64,000 nt of DNA from Alphaproteobacteria bacterium (GCA_030430715.1 JAUIJZ010000008.1:1450-65449); one strand, 5' to 3'. Shown: positions 1-10,216, counted from the first letter of the stretch. Program-made: numbers and translations. Notes: generated from the letters alone by a model not told the origin.

Positions 1-32
1 TGAGCGCGCCCAAGCAGGAGAGCAATCCAGCA

Positions 33-1250
33 TTGGCGGCGCTGGTCACAGCAGGCGAAGCGCAGACGGAAGCGACGAAAATCGGCGGCTTCATCTGGAT
101 GGTGAAGGATATTTCCAACCTATATCTGATCAACACAGGCGATGGCGATGTGCTGATCAATGCGGGGTTCATGGACAATGCCGAGCGCAACAAGAAGCTG
201 CTTGCGCCGCATCGTGGCGGCCCGTTGCGCAGGATCATACTGACTCAGGCTCATGCTGATCATTATGGCGGCGTGCCGAGCATCAGAGACGAGCAAACCG
301 AAATCGTCGCTCATCGCTGTTTTGTTGAGACCTGGAATTATTTCAACGAACTGGGCCCGTATTTGCAGCGCCGGTCGCGGCGGTTATGGGCGTCAACCAT
401 CAAGCGCGGCGCCAATGCGCCTGCGCCCCCGAAGATCACGCCCGATATCGAAGTCGACCGAACCTATTCGTTCGAACAAGGTGGGAAACGATTTGAATTG
501 ATTTCCACGCCTGGCGGGGAAAGCTTGTGCTCCTTGGTGGTGTGGCTTCCGGACGAACGGATCGCCTTCACTGGAAACCTATTCGGCCCCGTGTTCGAGG
601 CGCTGCCGAACTTGACCACTGTGCGTGGAGACAAGCCGCGCTTGGCGGCCAATTATCTGCGCTCGCTGGAACGTGTGCGCGACCTGAAGCCGAAGCTTCT
701 CATAACTGGGCACGGGGCGCCGATTGAAGGCGAAAGCGAAATCAAGCGCAGTCTCGACAAGATGCACGCGGCGGTCAGTTACATTCGCGCTGAGACAATC
801 AAGGGCATGAATGAAGGCAAGGACGTGCACACGCTCATGCGTGAGATCACGCTCCCGCATGATCTGGCAATCGGAGAGTTTCACGGCAATACGCGCTGGA
901 CCGTGCGCGCGATCTGGGAAGAAAACTCAGGCTGGTTCCACTATGAGTCGACCGCGTCGCTCTATGGCGTGCCGCGCGAGCATATCAATGCCGATCTTCT
1001 GGAATTGTCGGGGGGCGCGAACCGCATCGCCGCGCGTGCGCGCTCTAAACTCAGCGAGGGGATGACGCTTGAAGCCGTTCATCTCCTCGATATTGCGCTT
1101 GGCGTCGAACCGGACCATGTGGAATCCATCAAGGCGATGCGGGATGCTTTGCGCGAACTTTTGGCGCAAAGCGGCGGGGTAAATTTGAGCGAGACCATGT
1201 GGCTGCGGACTGAGATTGGCCGGCTGGAAAGTAAGTTGGCGTCGAAATAA
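33..1250 (+). CDS. MBL-fold metallo-hydrolase, alkyl-sulfatase-like with C-terminal dimerization region
   Basis: 405 aa ORF; TQAHADHYGG metal motif, TPGGE, GHG, and a C-terminal W..Y.GW-type segment like SdsA1/BDS1 relatives; the true start may differ slightly. Confidence 0.75.
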   Translation: MAALVTAGEAQTEATKIGGFIWMVKDISNLYLINTGDGDVLINAGFMDNAERNKKLLAPHRGGPLRRIILTQAHADHYGGVPSIRDEQTEIVAHRCFVETWNYFNELGPYLQRRSRRLWASTIKRGANAPAPPKITPDIEVDRTYSFEQGGKRFELISTPGGESLCSLVVWLPDERIAFTGNLFGPVFEALPNLTTVRGDKPRLAANYLRSLERVRDLKPKLLITGHGAPIEGESEIKRSLDKMHAAVSYIRAETIKGMNEGKDVHTLMREITLPHDLAIGEFHGNTRWTVRAIWEENSGWFHYESTASLYGVPREHINADLLELSGGANRIAARARSKLSEGMTLEAVHLLDIALGVEPDHVESIKAMRDALRELLAQSGGVNLSETMWLRTEIGRLESKLASK

Positions 1251-1273
1251 GCGCTACGCGTGTGGAGATAGTT

Positions 1274-2029
1274 ATGAGTATGCGCCTTGAGGGGCGGTTG
1301 GCGGTCGTGACGGGCGGCGCGGGCGGTCTGGGGCGCGCCATCGCGCTTGCGTTTGCGCGAGAGGGCGCAAGGGTTGCGCTCATGGATTTGGATGATGCCG
1401 GTATGGCCGAGACGGCTAAGCTGCTCGGCGCCGCGCATGTTTCGTCACATCGGGTAGACCTCAGCGCCGAGAGCGAGATCCACGACTTCGCCAAATCTTT
1501 CTGTGCCAAGCACGCGCGCCTAGACGCGCTGGTGAACAATGCCGGCCTTGCCTATGGCGAAATCGCCCACTCCTTTACCGGGCTGAGCCAGGAAAAATGG
1601 CTTCGATATTTTTCGGTCAATACGGTCGCGCCGCTAATATTGGCGGAAGCGTTGCGGGCGCCGCTGGCGGCAGCGAAGGGGGTTATTCTTAATCAGTCCT
1701 CCATGGCGTCGAATACGCCAGCCACGGCTTACGGGGTGACCAAGGCGGCGTTAAATTCGATCACTTATGGCATGGCGCATCAATTTGCGTCTGATGGCGT
1801 GCGGGTCAACGCGGTTGAACCGGGGATTATGGAAACGCCCGCGAATGTGGCGGGGCTGCCTAAGGAAACGTATGCGCGCGTGCAGGGCATGCAATTATTG
1901 CCGCTACACGGCACGGCCGATGACATAGCCAATCTTTATGTGTTTCTGGCTTCGGACGAAGCGCGGTTCATCAATTGCGAGATTGTGAGCTGCGATGGCG
2001 GCAATCGCCTTCGTGGCTGGCGTTACTAA
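1274..2029 (+). CDS. SDR family oxidoreductase
   Basis: TGGAGGLG Rossmann motif, NNAG, YGVTK catalytic motif; GGAG upstream of ATG 1274. Confidence 0.9.
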   Translation: MSMRLEGRLAVVTGGAGGLGRAIALAFAREGARVALMDLDDAGMAETAKLLGAAHVSSHRVDLSAESEIHDFAKSFCAKHARLDALVNNAGLAYGEIAHSFTGLSQEKWLRYFSVNTVAPLILAEALRAPLAAAKGVILNQSSMASNTPATAYGVTKAALNSITYGMAHQFASDGVRVNAVEPGIMETPANVAGLPKETYARVQGMQLLPLHGTADDIANLYVFLASDEARFINCEIVSCDGGNRLRGWRY

Positions 2030-2913
2030 TGACTAGAGGCGCATCCGCCGCAGCCTTAGATGCGCGCACGTTGCTAGATTTGCAGCAGGTCGATGAGCGG
2101 CGCTTTCGCAGCGTGCGGCAGCATGACAACGGATTGGATGCGATTTTCGGCGGCCAATTCGTGGCGCAAGCGCTGTGCGCGGCGCAGCGTGTCACGCCTC
2201 CCTGGGCGGCACATTCGTGCACCGGATATTTTTTGCGTGCAGGGGTGGTCTCTGAACCGGTCGATTATGAGGTTGAGATCGTCCGCGACGGACGCCGCTA
2301 CGCAATGCGGCGTGTGTTGGCTTGGCAGAAGGATAAGCCGGTCTTTGATTTGCTGTGCTCTTTCCACGATGGGGAAAACGGACCCGCGCATCAGGCCAAC
2401 GACGTGCGTCCAGCGCCGTCACCTGAGGACGTCGCGAGCATGGGGGATGTGCTGCGTGCAGGTGGGGGCAAAGTCTCGCAGATCATGGCGGAGATATACG
2501 AGCGCTTTCCGCTTGAGCTTCGTGTGATTGATGCGGGTAAATTGCGCTTTGGGGAGAATGGCGCGCCAGAGCGCAGCTATTGGCTGCGCATGCCTTCTGC
2601 GGCGGACATTGATGACGCGCGCGCGCATCAATGTGTGTTGGCTTTTATGTCGGATTATTGGTTTCCGTCATCAGCCGGCGCTGCGCATCAAAAATCCGGA
2701 AACACTATGAGCGTTGCATCGCTCAATCATACGCTTTGGTTTCATGCGCCGCTACGCGCCGATGAATGGCTGTTATTTCGCACGGAAAGCCCATGGACGG
2801 GGCATGGACGGGGGCTGGTGCGCGGCATGATTCATGATCGCACCGGGCGGCTGGTCGCTAGCGCCGCGCAGGAGATCAGCATGCGCGAGACGGATATCAC
2901 GCGGAATAAATGA
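2029..2913 (+). CDS. Acyl-CoA thioesterase II (TesB-like)
   Basis: FGGQFVAQAL, AFMSDY, ASLNHTLWFH and ASAAQE motifs; ATG overlaps the upstream TAA (TAATG). Confidence 0.88.
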   Translation: MTRGASAAALDARTLLDLQQVDERRFRSVRQHDNGLDAIFGGQFVAQALCAAQRVTPPWAAHSCTGYFLRAGVVSEPVDYEVEIVRDGRRYAMRRVLAWQKDKPVFDLLCSFHDGENGPAHQANDVRPAPSPEDVASMGDVLRAGGGKVSQIMAEIYERFPLELRVIDAGKLRFGENGAPERSYWLRMPSAADIDDARAHQCVLAFMSDYWFPSSAGAAHQKSGNTMSVASLNHTLWFHAPLRADEWLLFRTESPWTGHGRGLVRGMIHDRTGRLVASAAQEISMRETDITRNK

Positions 2914-4282
2914 CCTCGCCGCCGGCAATGGTCGCGCGGACTTGTATTGCGGACGGTTCGTTTAAAGCCGTCGAGAGCGGGGTGGCCAATAGGCAGAGGT
3001 CGGCGGGCGCGCCTACGGCAATGCGGCGTTCTGGGCCGCCTGGATCTGGGGCTGCCGTCAGATATAGTCCGAGTGCGTCGCGTGCGGCGATACGCTCTTC
3101 CTCACCTAAGACGCGACCATTTTTTGATGTCCGATCGGTAGCGGTTTGGATCGCGCGCCAAGGATCGAAGCTGCCATAGGGCGCGTCGCTGCCCGCCGCG
3201 ATGGCGATGCCAGCTTGGCGTAGACTGGCTAGACGATAGAGGTCGGGCCGTTCGTCAGGGGAGATGTCGCGGGCATAGCGGTCTCCGCGATCGAAAATGA
3301 AGGCCGGTTGCGTGACGACAATCAAGCCAAGGGTGCGGATGTTTTCGAATAGGCCTGCCGGGATTATGCCGCCATGCTCGATCCTATCGCCTGGGAGAGC
3401 GCCAATGGCGTCGAACGCGGCGAGCGTAATCGCGAGTTCGGCGGCTGTGACGCAGTGAACCGCGATGCGCCGCTGCTGTGAGCGCGCCGTGTTCATTTGC
3501 GCGACGATGTCTGTAAGTGCGGGCAATGCGCGCTCGTCGGGAAGAATTTTAGCCGGTCCTATTTCATAATGCGGTGACGGCGGGAGCGCCGCGCCGCTCA
3601 TGAGATACAGCGATTGCAGCAGCTCGCCGTGCGCGCGCGCCTGCGCTAGCAGCGCAGCTTCGTCCGGCCCAGTTGTGACGCTCGCGTCAGTGACGCCCGT
3701 GATCCCGAAGCTGGCGAGCTTTTGGCTGAGCCCGGTGAGCGATGGCGGCGCTGAAGACAAGCGCGTACGCAACCATGTGTCACCGCGCCATATGCGTCCG
3801 GTTGGCATTCCGCTGGCGTCCCGATCGACGCAGGGCGGCGGCGCATCGTCCAGCACGCGCTCCAGCGCGTGTGTGTTGAGCACCCAAAGCGCTCCTGTTC
3901 GATCTTGCACGCGAATTGGATGCGCGAGGCCGGCAGCGTCGAGATCGGCGCGGCCGATGAGGCCGATGCGGCTGTCGTCATAGGCGACGGCGCGGATCCA
4001 ATCTTGAGCTGGGCGCGAGGCGGCGGCCGTTCGGAGTGCATCAAGCAAGGCTTGCTTGCTCTGCACGCCCGACAAATCGACCGATGCCAGCCGAGCCGCT
4101 GTCGCGAAAAGATGGATATGGTGATCGTGAAGGCCGGGAATGAGAGCGCCGCCTGCGGCGTCGCGTTCGCAGGCGGTGCGTGGAAGGCCTTCACCAATGG
4201 CTGCGATGCGGCCTGCTTCGATGCGCACGTCTTTAAGTTCGCCGCCCAGTTCGGCGTTGCGGATGAGAAGCGCGTTTGTCAT
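2897..4282 (-). CDS. Amidohydrolase family 3 protein
   Basis: PGLHDHHIH, AVHC, RIEH and GSDAP metal-binding motifs; start MTNALLIRNA chosen because it overlaps the upstream stop. Confidence 0.85.
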   Translation of the reverse strand: MTNALLIRNAELGGELKDVRIEAGRIAAIGEGLPRTACERDAAGGALIPGLHDHHIHLFATAARLASVDLSGVQSKQALLDALRTAAASRPAQDWIRAVAYDDSRIGLIGRADLDAAGLAHPIRVQDRTGALWVLNTHALERVLDDAPPPCVDRDASGMPTGRIWRGDTWLRTRLSSAPPSLTGLSQKLASFGITGVTDASVTTGPDEAALLAQARAHGELLQSLYLMSGAALPPSPHYEIGPAKILPDERALPALTDIVAQMNTARSQQRRIAVHCVTAAELAITLAAFDAIGALPGDRIEHGGIIPAGLFENIRTLGLIVVTQPAFIFDRGDRYARDISPDERPDLYRLASLRQAGIAIAAGSDAPYGSFDPWRAIQTATDRTSKNGRVLGEEERIAARDALGLYLTAAPDPGGPERRIAVGAPADLCLLATPLSTALNEPSAIQVRATIAGGEVIYSA

Positions 4283-5262
4283 CCTTGAGCCGCAACGTAG
4301 GCCGCGACATGAGAGAGGCTGGCGTCGATCATGCCGCTTTCGCCGCGCTCTCGCATAGCAAGCGCCGAAGCCGCGGCCGCCATACCCGTGAGGGGATCCG
4401 CGATTGCATCGCCGATAAAGTGCGGCGCACCCTCGCGCCAATCCAACAATCCCCCGGCAGCAGCTGCATCGTCACCAAAGGCAATGCGGCTGGATTTTCG
4501 CCCATGGCCGGTAATGGCGATCCAGATGAGAGAGGGATTACGCGCAAAGACGCGGGCCTGATCGATTCGCAGCGCGTCCAGTGCGCGCGTGCGTGCGCTG
4601 GTAATGAGAATGTCTGATCGCGCGATGAGGTCGTTCAGTGTGCGGCCCGCTTCGGCAATGGGCATGCTTTGTCTGGTCTTTCGGCCATTCAGGCGCCGGT
4701 CTAGCACTGGCGCTGTGTGTGGCGTTGGATCGGGGCGCTCGGTCGTATCGAGTTTTAGGACCTCTGCGCCCATCCCGGCAAAGATCGAGCCGCAGAGTGG
4801 GCCGGCCCAGAGCGTTGAGAAATCGATGACGCGCAGGGGCTTGCCCGTCCGTTGGCTCTCGCCCACGCGTAGTATTGAGCATGGCAGTTCCGGCGCCGCA
4901 GTTTCAGCCACGCGCGCGATAGCCAGGCCGAGCAGTTTCGCGCGGCCCACTAGAGAAGCGCAGGAATGACGCGGCGTCCTCAATTCCAGCATAGCCCAAA
5001 TGTCGCCGCCCGGCGCTTCTTCCAACAGCGCGGGAATGGCTTCCAGATCATCGGTTCTTGGCAGGTTGGCGGCGATCCAGCCGTCGCGCGCGGAGATTAG
5101 CCGGCACGCGCCATTGGCGGACTGACGTCCCGGCGGCGAGAGTGGAACGCTGTCGCTACGGTCAAGTATGCTGGCGTCCAAGAGCACGCGCTCGCCTAGC
5201 CGCGCGCTTGCTCGGGCAATTTCGTGCGCGGTGGATTCGAGGAATACGCTGGCTCGATGCAT
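4279..5262 (-). CDS. CoA transferase family III (CaiB/BaiF-like), C-terminally short form
   Basis: VIDFSTLWAGPLCG, GAEVLK, LNGRK, FGDD motifs; start set at MHRASVF, since the longer ORF overlaps the opposite-strand SDR. Confidence 0.8.
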   Translation of the reverse strand: MHRASVFLESTAHEIARASARLGERVLLDASILDRSDSVPLSPPGRQSANGACRLISARDGWIAANLPRTDDLEAIPALLEEAPGGDIWAMLELRTPRHSCASLVGRAKLLGLAIARVAETAAPELPCSILRVGESQRTGKPLRVIDFSTLWAGPLCGSIFAGMGAEVLKLDTTERPDPTPHTAPVLDRRLNGRKTRQSMPIAEAGRTLNDLIARSDILITSARTRALDALRIDQARVFARNPSLIWIAITGHGRKSSRIAFGDDAAAAGGLLDWREGAPHFIGDAIADPLTGMAAAASALAMRERGESGMIDASLSHVAAYVAAQG

Positions 5263-5466
5263 GTGTGCGAAGCATGAACTGGGGCGGCAAGAGGTTGCAA
5301 GCCGAGACCGCGCAAAGAGGGAGCGCTGTGCGCCAATTTGGGCTCGCTCCTCCGCTGCGATGCTGTTACTCACGCCATGCAGGGGCGCACACAGCATCGG
5401 CATCGCCGCGGCGATGGGGATTGCGCGCTCCGTGCAGAAAACGAAGGTGAGTGAGGGAGGAAGAGC

Positions 5467-6207
5467 GTGTCGAAAGTCATCGTCATTACCGGCGCCGGAG
5501 TGGGCCTTGGGCGCGCCTTGGCGCGGCGTTTCGCGGCTGACGGTGACAATGTCGTTTTGCTTGGGCGTACGCTGGCGAAGGTTGAGGCCGCCGCCCAGGA
5601 GATCGGCGAGAAGGCGGTGGCCATTGGATGCGATGTTGGCGCTCCCGAATCCGTGAAGAGTGCGTTCGCGGCGATTGCGAAAACGCACCCGAAGATCGAC
5701 GTGCTCATCAATAATGCTGCGATCTATGAGCCGACGCTCATCGCCGATGCGAGCGACAAACAAATTGTACAAGCGGTGCACACCAACGTCATGGGGCCGA
5801 TCCTGTGTACGCGCGCGGCGCTGGCGATGATGGGGCGCGGCGGACACGTGATCAATGTGGGCAGCGAGGCGGTTGGCATAAGCCCGTTCCCGCACCTGGT
5901 TCTGTATCAGACGACCAAGGCGGCCCTGGATCGGCTTTCAGAGGGACTTTATCACGAGCTTCAGCCTGCCGGCATCCGCGTCACCAATGTGCGCGCCGGC
6001 ATGATGATCGACATGGAAAAGCCGATGGAGGTCGCCGATCCCGAAGCCTGGAAGCGTTTCCATGAATCGTGCGCGGAAGCCGGTCTGAACTTGCGTCAAC
6101 GTCCGATCTCGCAGGTGAAGTCGGTGACAGACGCGTTCCGCGCGGTTATCGACATGCCGTCCGATGTCTTTATGGCCAATGTGCATCTGCACGCCTGGAA
6201 GCCGTAA
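5467..6207 (+). CDS. SDR family oxidoreductase
   Basis: TGAGVGLG, NNA, YQTTK; GTG start after GGAGG. Confidence 0.9.
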   Translation: MSKVIVITGAGVGLGRALARRFAADGDNVVLLGRTLAKVEAAAQEIGEKAVAIGCDVGAPESVKSAFAAIAKTHPKIDVLINNAAIYEPTLIADASDKQIVQAVHTNVMGPILCTRAALAMMGRGGHVINVGSEAVGISPFPHLVLYQTTKAALDRLSEGLYHELQPAGIRVTNVRAGMMIDMEKPMEVADPEAWKRFHESCAEAGLNLRQRPISQVKSVTDAFRAVIDMPSDVFMANVHLHAWKP

Positions 6208-6242
6208 GTAAAACAAAGAACGGGCGAGGAGGGCGCGCACGA

Positions 6243-7895
6243 ATGGATGAGACATTCGATTTCGTTGTGATCGGCAGCGGCGGGGGATCAATGGCGGCGG
6301 CGCTGCTGCTCCGCTCTTTAGGCAAAAGCGTCGTCATCCTGGAGAAGACCGATCTGGTCGGCGGCACCACGGCGCGCTCTGGCGGCGTCATGTGGATTCC
6401 GAACAACCGGTTCCTGAAGCAAGACGGTGTCGAGGATAGCGCCGAAAAAGCCAATGCCTATCTCGATGCGATCAATAGCGACGATCCGAACTTGCCTGGG
6501 GCGACGCCGGCGCGGCGGCGCTCATTTGTTTCTGAGGCGCCGAAGCTGCTCGATTTTCTGATCGCTCAGGGCATCAAGCTTCAGCGTATCAAATACTGGC
6601 CCGATTATTATGACGATGCGCCGGGCGGCCTTGAGGCTGGACGTACGATTTGCGCCGATCTGTTCGATATCAATGAACTCGGCGAATGGAAGGAAAAGCT
6701 GAGGCCCACCGTTATTCCAGTGCCCGCAACCATGGGCGAAGTGATGCGTGTCGGCGGCGGCGGTTTGGACGCCAAGCTGGCCATGGCCGCGATCGGGCTT
6801 CGCATGATCTATATGAAGCTGACCAAGGCGCCGCTCGTCACAGGCGGACAGGCTTTGCAAGGGCGCATGTTGCAGGCTTCGCTGAAGGCGGGCGCCGATA
6901 TTCGCGTCAATACGCCGGTGAAGGAAATTCTGATTGAGAACGGCCGTGCGGTAGGTGTTGTCGTTACTCAGGACGGTAAGGATAAGCGCATTGGCGGCGC
7001 CCTTGGCGTGCTGATTAATGCGGGAGGTTTCTCCAAGAGTCAGAAACTCCGCGATCAATATCTGCCCGGCACGAAGGTGGAATGGTCGCAGGTTCAGCCG
7101 GGCGATACCGGCGAGATGATTGAAGAGGCGTTGCGTATTGGGGGCGCGGTCGCACAGATGGATGCGACAGTCGGGTCCCAAATTGCGCTGCCGCCGGGCG
7201 CGACAGACATGAAGCCGATGCTGCAGAGCGATGCAGCCAAGCCGCATGCGATCGTCGTCGATCAAAGCGGCGAGCGTTTCATGAATGAGGCGGGGTCGTA
7301 TGTGGATTTTTGCGACGGCTTGAAGGCGCGCGATAAGGTCTCGCCCGCTGTGCCGAGTTGGCTGGTGGTCGATAGCCAATACACCGGCAAATATTCGCTG
7401 ATGAACCAAAAGGGCGAGAAGCTCGAAGCGATGGTGGGCTTTGGCGTTTTCAAGAAGGGCGAAACGCTAGAGGCGCTCGCCGCAGCGTGCGGGATGGATG
7501 CTGGAAAACTGAAAGCCTCGGTCGAACGTTTCAACGGCTTTGCGCGGCGCGGCAAGGACGACGATTTCAACAAGGGCGGCAACGTCTATCAGCGCTGGCA
7601 GGGCGATAGAGCGCATCAGCCGTCGCCATCCCTGGGAACGCTGGAGCAGGGGCCGTTCTATGCGGTTCAGGTGTACCCTGGCGATGTGAGCACGTATGGA
7701 GGGCTGGTCACGGATGAGTATGCGCGCGTGCTGAAGGCGGATGGTGCGCCGATCGAAGGGCTCTACGCGACCGGCGTATCGACTGCGTCGGCCATGGGGC
7801 GGCGTGAACCCGCGGCAGGCGGCAGCGTGGGGCCTTCCTTCGTGTGGGGTTACGTAGCGGCCAAACACGCGGCCCATGCTGGAAATCAAGCGTAG
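6243..7895 (+). CDS. FAD-dependent oxidoreductase, 3-ketosteroid-delta1-dehydrogenase-like
   Basis: GSGGG FAD motif, GGTTARSGG, GPFYAVQVYPGD, C-terminal G.GGS.GP. Confidence 0.75.
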   Translation: MDETFDFVVIGSGGGSMAAALLLRSLGKSVVILEKTDLVGGTTARSGGVMWIPNNRFLKQDGVEDSAEKANAYLDAINSDDPNLPGATPARRRSFVSEAPKLLDFLIAQGIKLQRIKYWPDYYDDAPGGLEAGRTICADLFDINELGEWKEKLRPTVIPVPATMGEVMRVGGGGLDAKLAMAAIGLRMIYMKLTKAPLVTGGQALQGRMLQASLKAGADIRVNTPVKEILIENGRAVGVVVTQDGKDKRIGGALGVLINAGGFSKSQKLRDQYLPGTKVEWSQVQPGDTGEMIEEALRIGGAVAQMDATVGSQIALPPGATDMKPMLQSDAAKPHAIVVDQSGERFMNEAGSYVDFCDGLKARDKVSPAVPSWLVVDSQYTGKYSLMNQKGEKLEAMVGFGVFKKGETLEALAAACGMDAGKLKASVERFNGFARRGKDDDFNKGGNVYQRWQGDRAHQPSPSLGTLEQGPFYAVQVYPGDVSTYGGLVTDEYARVLKADGAPIEGLYATGVSTASAMGRREPAAGGSVGPSFVWGYVAAKHAAHAGNQA

Positions 7896-8010
7896 CGAGG
7901 CGTCTGGGATCATCGGGGCGATAACAGCACCGCGCGGGCGGCAGAGGCCTCGCACTGGGGCCGGGCGCGGCTTAAATATGCTGTCCGGTGCGCATGAGGG
8001 AGATGAGAAC

Positions 8011-9477
8011 ATGGCGAAGCTTTCTGACGGCCTGCTCTATATCGACGGCAAGTTGCGGCCGGCCGCTGGCGGCCGGACCTATGACGACATCAGCCCGTGG
8101 ACGGGGGAAGTCATCGCCAAGGCCGCGGATGCGACGCCGGAAGATGTGAACGAAGCCATTGCCGCCGCGCGCCGCGCTTTCGATGCGGGCGATTGGACCA
8201 CCAATAAGGAAAAGCGCTTCGAGCTTGTGAAGAAATTCCAGGACTTGCTGCGCGCCAACAAGGAGCGGCTTGGCGATATTGCGCGTCACGAAGCCGGCGC
8301 CGCGACTGGCGCAGTAGGTTTGGCGCATGTCGATAACGCTCTTCAGGGAGGGGACGACTACCTCAAAGTCTTTCCCGATGTCGCGTGGGAAAAGGATTAT
8401 GGCCTGCGCGAGTTTCGCGGCGGCAATACTCATCGTGTCGCCGTGTATGAGCCTGTAGGTGTTGTCGGCGCCATCACGCCTTGGAATGTGCCGCTCTATG
8501 TGCAGATCGGCAAAGTGCATGCCGCTCTGCTCGCCGGTTGCACGGTGATTTTGAAGCCGGCGCCCGATACGCCGCTCATGGGCGCGATCATGGGTGAACT
8601 CGCCCATGAGGCCGGTTTCCCGCCGGGCGTGTTCAACGTGATCACGGCTTCCGATCCGGCGCAGGCTGGCGAAATGCTGGTCACCGATCCGCGCGTCGAT
8701 CTCATCTCGTTCACGGGTTCGACGGGCGTAGGGCGGCGCATCATGGAAAAGGGCGCGCCGACGCTGAAACGCGTTTTCCTCGAATTGGGCGGCAAGTCGG
8801 CGCACATCATCCTGGACGATGCGCCGGACTTTCCGATGACCGTCGCGCGTTCGATGTTGGTATTTCATGCCGGCCAGGGCTGCGCGGTCACATCGCGGCT
8901 TCTGGTGCCAAAGAGCCGCTATCAGGAAGCGGTCGCCATCCTTGAGAAGGCCTATCAAGGCTTCGGCGACAATTGGGGCGACATCGACAATCCGGGACAC
9001 ATCATGGGTCCGGTTGTGTCCAAGAAGCAGCAAGAGCGCGTGCTGGCCTATATCGAGCTTGGCAAGAAGGAAGGCGCGCGGCTGTTGGCCGGCGGCAAGG
9101 CGCGTCCAGACAAGGGCGAAGGCTATTTCATCGAGCCGACTGTGTTCGTCGATGTCGACAACAAGATGCGCATTGCGCAGGAGGAAATTTTCGGCCCGGT
9201 GCTCGTCGTCATTCCTTATGAGGACGATGAGGACGCGATCCGCATCGCCAATGAAAGCGATTATGGGCTTTCGGGCATGGTCACTGGCGGGAAGGAGCGG
9301 GCGATGAAAATCGCTAAGCGCATCCGTACCGGCACGATGAGCGTGAATGGCGGCATGTGCATTGCCGGCGACCTTCCTTTCGGCGGTTACAAGCAAAGCG
9401 GCATCGGGCGCGAGTGGGGCCGTGAGGGCATCGAGGAGTTCCTCGAAACCAAACTTATCGGCGTGGGCGGCGCCTAA
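8011..9477 (+). CDS. Aldehyde dehydrogenase
   Basis: ITPWN, FTGST, LELGGK, GQGC, EEIFGP, PFGGYKQSG. Confidence 0.95.
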   Translation: MAKLSDGLLYIDGKLRPAAGGRTYDDISPWTGEVIAKAADATPEDVNEAIAAARRAFDAGDWTTNKEKRFELVKKFQDLLRANKERLGDIARHEAGAATGAVGLAHVDNALQGGDDYLKVFPDVAWEKDYGLREFRGGNTHRVAVYEPVGVVGAITPWNVPLYVQIGKVHAALLAGCTVILKPAPDTPLMGAIMGELAHEAGFPPGVFNVITASDPAQAGEMLVTDPRVDLISFTGSTGVGRRIMEKGAPTLKRVFLELGGKSAHIILDDAPDFPMTVARSMLVFHAGQGCAVTSRLLVPKSRYQEAVAILEKAYQGFGDNWGDIDNPGHIMGPVVSKKQQERVLAYIELGKKEGARLLAGGKARPDKGEGYFIEPTVFVDVDNKMRIAQEEIFGPVLVVIPYEDDEDAIRIANESDYGLSGMVTGGKERAMKIAKRIRTGTMSVNGGMCIAGDLPFGGYKQSGIGREWGREGIEEFLETKLIGVGGA

Positions 9478-9496
9478 GGGCGCGCGCAGGGAGTTG

Positions 9497-10213
9497 ATGA
9501 GCGTGGGCAAAACGCAATCGTCGCAGAAAGCTATAGCTGATGCGCCGACCGCGCAGGCTGGTGAAGACATCAGCCATAACTTGCTAGGGCAGCGGCTTGG
9601 CCGTAAAGGCCGCGACACGCGCGAGCGCATTCTCGCAGCGACGGAAAAGCTGCTGACTTCGGAGACGGATACGCCGCTCTCGCTAAGCTCGGTTGCGCGT
9701 GAAGCGTCGTTGGGGATGACGACGCTCTATTTGTATTTCAACGACCTGAGCGAATTATTTCTCGCCGTGCTCGACCGTACCATGGCGTTGGCGGAAGAGG
9801 CCTATGTGGCGAAGCTGCGAACGCAATGGCCCGACGAAAATCTTGGCGCATGTTGCGAAGCCTTCCTGCATGATTACTGCCATTTTTGGGTTTTCCGTGT
9901 GCGCATCCTGCAACTGCGCAACAGCTATATTGACGCCGGTGATGATCGCATAAGAGCGCATCGCATCGCCACAACCACGCCAGTGCTCAGATTGCTGGTC
10001 GAGCAGATGGATGGCGATCCCGATGATACGCTGGCGCCGACTTATGCAATGGCGACAGCGCTTTGGACTGGGGTTGAGCGCAGCGTTACGCTCGTGACCG
10101 ACGCAACCTTCAAAAGCCGAAGCGTGCGGGCTGATGTTCAGTCGGAGCTGCTTCTGCGTGCTGAGGCGCGTCTTATGGAGCTTGGCATCCGCGATTATCG
10201 CGGCCGAAGCTGA
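9497..10213 (+). CDS. TetR/AcrR family transcriptional regulator
   Basis: N-terminal HTH TRERIL...SVAREASLGMTTLYLYF. Confidence 0.85.
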   Translation: MSVGKTQSSQKAIADAPTAQAGEDISHNLLGQRLGRKGRDTRERILAATEKLLTSETDTPLSLSSVAREASLGMTTLYLYFNDLSELFLAVLDRTMALAEEAYVAKLRTQWPDENLGACCEAFLHDYCHFWVFRVRILQLRNSYIDAGDDRIRAHRIATTTPVLRLLVEQMDGDPDDTLAPTYAMATALWTGVERSVTLVTDATFKSRSVRADVQSELLLRAEARLMELGIRDYRGRS

Positions 10214-10216
10214 AGC

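Noticed and set aside
5263-5895. Long N-terminal extension of the CoA-transferase ORF (to 5895)
   Set aside because: Overlaps the opposite-strand SDR by over 400 bp; family-like sequence starts only near MHRASVF
7972-9630. 552 aa antisense ORF over the aldehyde dehydrogenase
   Set aside because: Exact shadow of a well-conserved gene; long stop-free antisense frames are expected in GC-rich, codon-biased genes; no motifs
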